Shown here in pieces: positions 54,327 through 59,993 of a stretch of DNA of 59,993 nucleotides (its first letter is position 1; every line of letters begins with the position of its first letter). Source of the DNA: Patescibacteria group bacterium (GTDB lineage Bacteria > Patescibacteriota > Minisyncoccia > Phycocordibacterales > UBA2100); assembly GCA_015485505.1 (NCBI GenBank), contig WFTK01000003.1, positions 1 to 59,993 on the forward strand, given 5' to 3'. Under the pieces are notes generated by a model. The model was given only the letters and a program-made list of their open reading frames with translations, did no database searches and had not been told where the DNA came from. A program made the position numbers and the translations under genes.

Positions 54327-55106
54327 ATGAGAATAGTATCTTGGAATGTTAATGGACTGCGCGCAGTACATCGTAATGGGTATTGGCGCGATTTTATGTC
54401 TCTTAAGCCTGATATTATTTGCCTGCAAGAGACCAAGATGGAGAAGGGGCAACTAAGTGAGAATATCCGTGAAATGCCCGGATATATATCACTGTGGAAC
54501 AGTAGTAAGAAGCGTAAGGGCTACAGTGGTACCGCAATGTATATTGCAGAACCGATTGCCAAGAATATTAAGGAGGTGCACTATGGCCTGGGGAGTGAGG
54601 AGTATGATGGTGAGGGTCGGCTTATAACAGTAGAGTTTGATGACTTTGTAGTGTGTAACGGATACTTCCCCAATGGTGGGGGCGGACCTGAGAGACTGTC
54701 CTTTAAGATGGGCTACTACGAGACGTTTATGTCCTTTATAGAGAATGTCCGTAAGAGACAACCAAATGTCCTTTGGATGGGAGATGTCAATACAGCGCAT
54801 AATGAGATAGATCTTGCTAGGCCAAAGGCGAATGAGAAGAACACGGGCTTCTTACCTATGGAGCGTGAGTGGATAGACGAGGTGGAGGCACTTGGGTATG
54901 TAGATACCTTTAGATATTTACACCCAGAGAAGGTGCAGTACTCATATTGGGATATGAAGACGCGCGCACGGGAGAGGAATGTTGGTTGGCGTATAGACTA
55001 TATTTTTGTAAGTGAGGAGTTATTGCCTAGAGTTAAGAAGGCTCAGATACACACGAGTATATATGGCTCAGACCACTGCCCTATCTCTGTTGACTTGGAT
55101 ATGTAG
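54327..55106 (+). CDS. xth: Exodeoxyribonuclease III (AP endonuclease)
   Basis: MRIVSWNVNGLR, CLQETK, WRIDYIF, GSDHCPI. Confidence 0.9.
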   Translation: MRIVSWNVNGLRAVHRNGYWRDFMSLKPDIICLQETKMEKGQLSENIREMPGYISLWNSSKKRKGYSGTAMYIAEPIAKNIKEVHYGLGSEEYDGEGRLITVEFDDFVVCNGYFPNGGGGPERLSFKMGYYETFMSFIENVRKRQPNVLWMGDVNTAHNEIDLARPKANEKNTGFLPMEREWIDEVEALGYVDTFRYLHPEKVQYSYWDMKTRARERNVGWRIDYIFVSEELLPRVKKAQIHTSIYGSDHCPISVDLDM

Positions 55107-55124
55107 TTTAAAAGTCTCAAAGCT

Positions 55125-55241
55125 CTGCAGGACGAAACTACCCAGGGGTTCACCGTATTTTCTCTGTGGAGAAAATCGGCTCTGCTCGCCGGCATTAACG
55201 ATGCCGTCTGCGCAAGACCCCGTGGTTAGTTTGCCCTACAG
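55125..55241. repeat. Structured three-way-junction repeat, copy 2
   Basis: Same core. Extended closing stem CTGCAGG / CCTACAG. Sits between the convergent xth and cca stops. Confidence 0.8.
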
Positions 55242-55255
55242 AATTTTAATATTAC

Positions 55256-56740
55256 TTAAGACACATGATGCTTCTCTCTGAGCTTCGCCACTTCAGCTTC
55301 ATCGGCTTCTCTCTGCTTTTCTGCTCCATTCTTACCGAGTTCTCTCAGTTCTGCATCGTTTAGTTTTAAGAGCTCTTCAGCTCTTTTAGTTAGATACTCT
55401 TGAGTGTTGTTGCTTGCATCATCTAGGACATCCTCAAGTAGAGCGTGCAATAACCAGCCTATGCGTGGGCCGGGCTTCTCGCCGAATGTCTGCATTATGT
55501 AGCCGCCGTCTATCTTGAGCATGCCGACCGATATTGGGTCTCGGAGTGCTTCATCTACCATCGCCTGATATTTGCGGAAGCGGAATGGTTGCTCCTTAGG
55601 CCTACCACTACCTATCCTGTCGCACATTCTTATGTTCAGTAGTTTTTGTATATTCCCCTCCCCTACATTTGTAATCATCCTACGCACGGCAGAGAGTGTG
55701 ATGATATCTGGATCAGAGAAGAACATATGCCAGCGCACAAGACTCACTACTTGCTCGGTTATATCTTTAGAGTATTTGAGTCGTTGCATGATCTCTTTAG
55801 TCATCCTTGCGCCTATTACCTCGTGACCGTAGAAGGTGTATCCGTTACCTTTAGTCCTGCGACTCCTAGGCTTGCCTATATCGTGGAAGAGGCTTGCCAG
55901 GCGCTCCTCTAGTGTCAGGCCTTTATCAGCTGCGTGCTGTAATGCTCTTAAGTTGTGCTCGTATACATCATACTTGTGTGCCTTTTTGCCTTGCTTGCAT
56001 CCTATGCCCTCTCTTAGCTCAGGTATTATGTATTGCAATAGTTGTAGTTGCTCAGAGAGACCGAGTGCAGTGGCTGGAGTGTCAGACATCATTATCTTAT
56101 TAAGCTCGTCATGTATGCGCTCTTTAGATACCCTCTCTAGTAGTGCAGAGTTACTTGCTATAGCGAGCATCGTTTCGCCATCAATAGCAAACTCTAGCTG
56201 TGCTGAGAGTCTTAGGGCGCGCATCATACGCAAGGCATCCTCGCCAAATCTGGTGTTAGCATCACCCACTGTCTTGAGTACACCAGCCTCAAGATCATCA
56301 AGACCTGTGAAGTCGTCTACAAGCTCATCTGTAATTACTCTATAGGCTATAGCATTGATGGTGAAGTCGCGCCTCTTAAGGTCATCATGTAAGGAGTCGC
56401 TAAACTCCACAGAGTCTGGGCGACGAGAGTCGGTATATGCTCCCTCTGTACGATATGGAGTGACCTCTAGTATCTCTGTTGCTGGGTTACCACTGTCGGT
56501 CTTAACTCCTACTGTACCAAAGTTATTCTCATAGAAGGTCTCATCTTTACCGAAGATTGCCTGTATTTGCTCTGGCTTTGCGTTGGTGGTTATGTCCCAA
56601 TCTTTTGGTATTTTACCCAATAGAGTGTCTCGTACACATCCACCTACCAAGTAGGCCTCGTAGCCGGCTGACTCAATTGCCATTGTTACGTCTAGTACCT
56701 TCTCGGGTATTATTGATTTGTCCATCTGTGGCTTTGTCAT
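55256..56740 (-). CDS. cca: CCA-adding tRNA nucleotidyltransferase with HD domain
   Basis: LVGGCVRDTLLG, DITT and RRD motifs of class II nucleotidyltransferases. HD motif LFHDIGK. Start set at MTKPQMDK; the tracked ORF extends to 56809. Confidence 0.85.
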   Translation of the reverse strand: MTKPQMDKSIIPEKVLDVTMAIESAGYEAYLVGGCVRDTLLGKIPKDWDITTNAKPEQIQAIFGKDETFYENNFGTVGVKTDSGNPATEILEVTPYRTEGAYTDSRRPDSVEFSDSLHDDLKRRDFTINAIAYRVITDELVDDFTGLDDLEAGVLKTVGDANTRFGEDALRMMRALRLSAQLEFAIDGETMLAIASNSALLERVSKERIHDELNKIMMSDTPATALGLSEQLQLLQYIIPELREGIGCKQGKKAHKYDVYEHNLRALQHAADKGLTLEERLASLFHDIGKPRSRRTKGNGYTFYGHEVIGARMTKEIMQRLKYSKDITEQVVSLVRWHMFFSDPDIITLSAVRRMITNVGEGNIQKLLNIRMCDRIGSGRPKEQPFRFRKYQAMVDEALRDPISVGMLKIDGGYIMQTFGEKPGPRIGWLLHALLEDVLDDASNNTQEYLTKRAEELLKLNDAELRELGKNGAEKQREADEAEVAKLREKHHVS

Positions 56741-56825
56741 AATCTTTGTCTTGTCGGTATAATACAGTAATTGTTGCATTAGTGCGAGCTTAGCGTATGA
56801 TATCGACACACTTAATTAGTGTGAT

Positions 56826-56898
56826 GCATCCGTGGCTCAATGGATAGAGCACTTCGCTTCGGACGAAGGGGTTGGGGGTTCGAATCCCTCCGGATGCA
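56826..56898 (+). tRNA. tRNA-Arg (anticodon UCG), no encoded CCA
   Basis: Acceptor GCATCCG/CGGATGC, anticodon arm CTTCG-CTTCGGA-CGAAG, T arm GGGGG-TTCGAAT-CCCTC. Confidence 0.9.
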
Positions 56899-56909
56899 CA
56901 GTAAATATT

Positions 56910-57614
56910 ATGCTATTAATAGACAAACCAGTCGGTATAAGCTCATTTGCTATAGTAGCGCATGTTCGACGTGTAACAGGAGTTAAAAAGGTTGGTCATG
57001 CAGGTACACTAGACCCTCTTGCCTCAGGACTCATGCTTATATTAGTGGGCAGAGAGGAGACAAAGCAAGCTGCCAAGTTACTTGGTTTAGACAAGGTATA
57101 TAAAACCACAGTACGCATAGGAGAAGAGAGGGATACAGGAGATTTAGAGGGTAAAATGGTTGCACATGCAACAAATCTAGATAGTGTTACACGTGAAACG
57201 TTAGAGAGGGATATAAAACAAGCATTAGAGACAATGACAGGGATTAACAAACTACCTGTACCGGCTTACTCCGCAATTAAGCAAGATGGGCAAAGATTAT
57301 ATAAAAAGGCTCGTAAAGACCAGGAGATCATATTGCCAATGCGTGATATGCATGTATATAGCGTAAAGTTGATAAATCTTACACGTGTAACCATACGAGA
57401 TATTGTGATGTATGAGGCAGATATTGAGTTTTCTGTAGCTAGTGGTGTGTATATTCGCTCTCTTTCAGAAGAGCTGGGTAGGCGAGTAGGTTATCCTGCT
57501 ACTACTGCCAAACTTAGGCGTATAAGTATAGCCGAGTACTCTATAAAAGATGCGCAGGTCCTTGATGAGGTAAATAACAATAATGAGTTGATTCACCATG
57601 AAATTAATGTATAA
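56910..57614 (+). CDS. truB: tRNA pseudouridine-55 synthase
   Basis: LLIDKPVGISS, GHAGTLDPLASG (catalytic Asp). Start at ATG 56910; the tracked ORF start lies inside tRNA-Arg. Confidence 0.9.
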   Translation: MLLIDKPVGISSFAIVAHVRRVTGVKKVGHAGTLDPLASGLMLILVGREETKQAAKLLGLDKVYKTTVRIGEERDTGDLEGKMVAHATNLDSVTRETLERDIKQALETMTGINKLPVPAYSAIKQDGQRLYKKARKDQEIILPMRDMHVYSVKLINLTRVTIRDIVMYEADIEFSVASGVYIRSLSEELGRRVGYPATTAKLRRISIAEYSIKDAQVLDEVNNNNELIHHEINV

Positions 57615-57629
57615 TCTTGCTCATACCAT

Positions 57630-57700
57630 GCGGATATAGTTAAGTGGTATAACACATCCTTGCCATGGATGAATCGGGGTTTCGATTACCCCTATCCGCA
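57630..57700 (+). tRNA. tRNA-Gly (anticodon GCC), no encoded CCA
   Basis: Acceptor GCGGATA/TATCCGC, anticodon arm CATCC-TTGCCAT-GGATG, T arm GGGGT-TTCGATT-ACCCC. Confidence 0.9.
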
Positions 57701-57834
57701 CTAAATACTTAAGGCTATTTATACTAAAGTTCAGTGTCTTTTATAGTATATTGGCAATATTTGTTGACATATATACAAAATATCAAGCGTAATAATGGCT
57801 TATTATAAGGGTAAGTAGAAGTTATGCCCAATTA

Positions 57835-57879
57835 TGTGGATAACTGTGGGGATATGTGGATAAAGGACATTGTCCATAA
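57835..57879. promoter_or_regulatory. Phased array of DnaA-box-like 9-mers outside the dnaA locus
   Basis: TGTGGATAA (57835-57843, perfect), TGTGGGGAT (57845-57853), TGTGGATAA (57855-57863, perfect), TGTCCATAA (57871-57879). All have the same orientation. Confidence 0.6.
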
Positions 57880-57964
57880 AATCCGTACTACCTATAGTTA
57901 TAGGACAAAGTCTTAAAATATGACCAGATTAAGTTTCATAAGTAACATTGTTGCATGTGAAATG

Positions 57965-57973
57965 TGGTATTAT
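57965..57973 (+). promoter_or_regulatory. Extended -10 TGGTATTAT, 8 nt before the yraN ATG
   Basis: TGnTATTAT-N8-ATG(57982). TTGCAT lies 17 nt upstream as a possible -35. Confidence 0.5.
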
Positions 57974-57981
57974 ATACAAAT

Positions 57982-58374
57982 ATGGCTAAACATAACGACT
58001 TAGGTGCTTTAGGAGAGAATATCGCTTGTAAGTTTCTTGTGAGCAAGGGTTTAAAGGTGGTAGAGAGGAACCATTGGCGTAAGTGGGGAGAGATAGATAT
58101 TGTTGCATGTGCAACATCTGGAGTAGTACATTTTGTAGAGGTTAAGAGTACTGGTAAAGATTATCCCTCAAGAAGTTCGGGACAGGCACAGCTGGATGAC
58201 TGGAGACCAGAAGATATGTTGCATCATAATAAGATTGAGAGGCTAAAGAGAGTGATACAGACGTATATATTAGAGAATGATGTAGAAGATTGGGTATTTG
58301 ACGTGGTAATAGTGTATATAAACAAAAGGACACGGTTGGCGAGGTGCAAGTATATAGAGGACATTATACTTTAG
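57982..58374 (+). CDS. yraN: YraN-family (UPF0102) endonuclease-like protein
   Basis: LGALGENIACKFLVSKGLKVVERNHWRKWGEIDIVA...VHFVEVKS, the typical UPF0102 pattern. Confidence 0.75.
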   Translation: MAKHNDLGALGENIACKFLVSKGLKVVERNHWRKWGEIDIVACATSGVVHFVEVKSTGKDYPSRSSGQAQLDDWRPEDMLHHNKIERLKRVIQTYILENDVEDWVFDVVIVYINKRTRLARCKYIEDIIL

Positions 58375-58444
58375 TCTCTTAGGTGTCCATTATATATATC
58401 GGAAAAGGACAACATAGGGGATAGAACTACTCTGGCAATGGTAG

Positions 58445-58569
58445 CTCTCAACAAAACGAAACTACCCAGGGGTTCACCGTATTTTCTCTGTGGAGAAAAT
58501 CGGATCTGCTCGCCAGCATTAACGATGCTGCCTCCGCAAGACCCCGTGGTTAGTTTGTTTTGTTGAGAG
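58445..58569. repeat. Structured three-way-junction repeat, copy 3
   Basis: Same core. Extended closing stem CTCTCAACAAAAC / GTTTTGTTGAGAG. Lies between yraN and tRNA-Pro. Confidence 0.8.
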
Positions 58570-58632
58570 ATTAAAAATGTGAGCTTTTGTGACTGGATAA
58601 AGTTTAAAAAGTGTGTAAAATAGGTGCACTAT

Positions 58633-58703
58633 CGGGATGTAGCATAGTGGTAGTGTGCTCGGTTTGGGACCGAGTGGTCCGGGTTCGATTCCCGGCATCC
58701 CGA
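58633..58703 (+). tRNA. tRNA-Pro (anticodon UGG), no encoded CCA
   Basis: Acceptor CGGGATG/CATCCCG (C1-G72), anticodon arm CTCGG-TTTGGGA-CCGAG, T arm CCGGG-TTCGATT-CCCGG. Confidence 0.9.
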
Positions 58704-58716
58704 CAAAATAAGTTAG

Positions 58717-59727
58717 TTACTTATTGATAATGTTAACAAGTCTGTTTACTGAGTTTAATAGTGAGTCTGCTGTGATATTCGACTTTATACTTTTAGGTAG
58801 ATTTATTAGTTGATTTAAATCAACGCCTATGTCAGCCTCCATAGAGTTATTAATATGTTCCGTGCTTATTGCATTAAGCTCTCGCTCTGCGGTGGTGTCT
58901 TTGCGCGAGCTTGTGACTATAATGCCAAGTAATTTGCCTTGGCTATTTATAACAGCACCACCAGAGCTACCGCCTTGGGCTACTATAGAGCCTCCTAGCT
59001 CTAAGAGGTCGGGCGTTGCATGAGCTGAATCTTTAGAGAAGGTCTTTATAGCAAGTAGGGGAGTTATGGTAGCTACTGGGTATAGTGAGCGCATGGTTAT
59101 AGTAGAGCCTAAGAACTCTGCAGGATACGAACGTATAAGCACAGGTGTGTTGATATAGCTCACTACAGATTCTGTACTAGGCTCTATGTATGTAAATCTC
59201 TTTGGTAGTGTGCCGTTAGGCTTTATAGAGCTTGTAATTTGTAGTAATGCATAGTCATGCTCTCCCGTGCCGTATTGCTCATCAGAGGTGATTTGTGAGG
59301 CATTTGTGTTAATCCAGTTAGGGTTGATGTATATAACCTTGGCTTTGTACGCTGGCTTAGCTGGTGAGCCGGAGCGGAGGGTACATTGCATTGCTATATC
59401 AGAGAGCTGTTCTAATAGCATATATTGAGCTATGTGGGCATTTATTAGTACTAAGCCATCAGGAGAGATGATAACTCCACTGGCTACGCCACTGCGCAGC
59501 TTGCTGTTGCCGCTTATGCAGACAACGTTGATAATTGCGTCAGATTTGGCCTTATTGATAGTGTTGAGGTCTTGAGTAGGGGGGATGGGCTGCTGCACTT
59601 GCTGAGTACTTGCAGTATTTGCCGGACTGAGTTGAGTTGTAGACTGTGGCACAGAGATGCCTTGAGCGGCTAAGAGTAAGGTGAGAGACTGTAGTGTAGC
59701 TAGTAGAGTTGTTAGTAGTTCTTGCAT
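58717..59727 (-). CDS. Secreted trypsin-like (S1/HtrA-like, no PDZ seen) serine protease
   Basis: Hydrophobic N-terminus, LINAHIA (His region), GGSSGGAVINSQGKLLGIIV (catalytic Ser region). Confidence 0.65.
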   Translation of the reverse strand: MQELLTTLLATLQSLTLLLAAQGISVPQSTTQLSPANTASTQQVQQPIPPTQDLNTINKAKSDAIINVVCISGNSKLRSGVASGVIISPDGLVLINAHIAQYMLLEQLSDIAMQCTLRSGSPAKPAYKAKVIYINPNWINTNASQITSDEQYGTGEHDYALLQITSSIKPNGTLPKRFTYIEPSTESVVSYINTPVLIRSYPAEFLGSTITMRSLYPVATITPLLAIKTFSKDSAHATPDLLELGGSIVAQGGSSGGAVINSQGKLLGIIVTSSRKDTTAERELNAISTEHINNSMEADIGVDLNQLINLPKSIKSNITADSLLNSVNRLVNIINK

Positions 59728-59808
59728 TTGTAAATTATATCATTTCTGTTAGTATATTGCTCATACTCTAGAGCTTATGCGGGCCTGCCCGCCGAAGTTC
59801 TGGCGTAG

Positions 59809-59879
59809 GCGGGTGTAGTTAAGTGGTATAATATCTGCCTTCCAAGCAGAGGTCGGGAGTTCGATTCTCCCCACCCGCA
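59809..59879 (+). tRNA. tRNA-Gly (anticodon UCC), no encoded CCA
   Basis: Acceptor GCGGGTG/CACCCGC, anticodon arm TCTGC-CTTCCAA-GCAGA, T arm GGGAG-TTCGATT-CTCCC. Confidence 0.9.
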
Positions 59880-59887
59880 GTAATCCA

Positions 59888-59896
59888 TGATATTAT
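59888..59896 (+). promoter_or_regulatory. Extended -10 TGATATTAT, 7 nt before the GIY-YIG ATG
   Basis: TGnTATTAT-N7-ATG(59904). Confidence 0.5.
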
Positions 59897-59903
59897 ACAG
59901 ATA

Positions 59904-59993
59904 ATGTTTTATTTGTATGTACTTAAGTCTAAGAAAGACTGTAATTTATATATAGGCTCCACCAATGATTTGCGTAAAAGAGTCATTCAGCAC
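59904..59993 (+). CDS. GIY-YIG nuclease-family protein, 3'-truncated by the window edge (not in the ORF track)
   Basis: Translation MFYLYVLKSKKDCNLYIGSTNDLRKRVIQH matches the GIY-YIG N-terminal pattern (Y.Y.L....G.LYIG.T.DL..R..QH). Confidence 0.6.
   Translation, partial: MFYLYVLKSKKDCNLYIGSTNDLRKRVIQH

Noticed and set aside
53363-55106. Integrative mobile element defined by the tyrosine recombinase and flanking ~100-nt direct repeats (copies 1 and 2)
   Set aside because: The recombinase has the full housekeeping XerC/D signature. The enclosed genes are rpsO and xth, and a third repeat copy flanks another housekeeping block. No phage or plasmid genes are present.
56832-56909. N-terminal 26 codons of the tracked truB ORF, and cca codons 1-23 (56741-56809)
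   Set aside because: The truB extension is the tRNA-Arg gene read as protein. The cca extension would leave only 16 nt for divergent promoters, and the conserved enzyme starts at MTKPQMDK.

Overview
This 60-kb window comes from a small, moderately AT-rich bacterial genome. Its gene content fits Patescibacteria/CPR, but that lineage call is an inference, not verified. Supporting traits: compact housekeeping proteins, almost no Shine-Dalgarno motifs even before tuf, rpsJ and rplJ, many secreted or membrane proteins of unknown function, a VirB4-centred T4SS-like operon, an orphan pilB, and five tRNAs with no encoded CCA. The window holds the chromosomal origin region: dnaN<-dnaA<-[DnaA boxes]->rpmH-rnpA-yidC-jag, with an AT-rich dnaA-dnaN spacer. 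Core genes present are polA, tsaE, ruvB-yebC-ruvC, a class A PBP, murA, a LysM/M23 peptidase, rsmA, uvrD/pcrA, tuf-rpsJ, rplJ-rplL, comM, a TraR/DksA zinc finger, pnp, rpsO, xerC/D, xth, cca, truB and yraN. About 15 kb (20711-35898, minus strand) is one tightly packed 15-gene operon. It encodes VirB4, PrgI/VirB3-like, VirB6-like and pilin-like proteins plus about 10 unknown secreted or membrane proteins, with no coupling protein or relaxase. The strongest signals not explained by ORFs are RNA-like. (1) A ~117-nt three-way-junction element occurs in three copies (52.8, 55.1, 58.5 kb) with compensatory base changes. (2) A long hairpin with a conserved 25-nt C-rich (+) / G-rich (-) loop lies upstream of both rplJ and pnp. 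(3) A promoter-proximal 150-nt closed structure lies upstream of ruvB. (4) An orphan promoter-to-terminator ~65-nt unit lies between uvrD and murA. A recurrent TGnTATNAT-N7-ATG arrangement also implies leaderless mRNAs, and a second phased DnaA-box array lies 39 kb from dnaA. No rRNA, CRISPR array, transposase or prophage was seen. All calls come from reading the sequence and ORF translations; no database search or folding program was run, and RNA ends are approximate.
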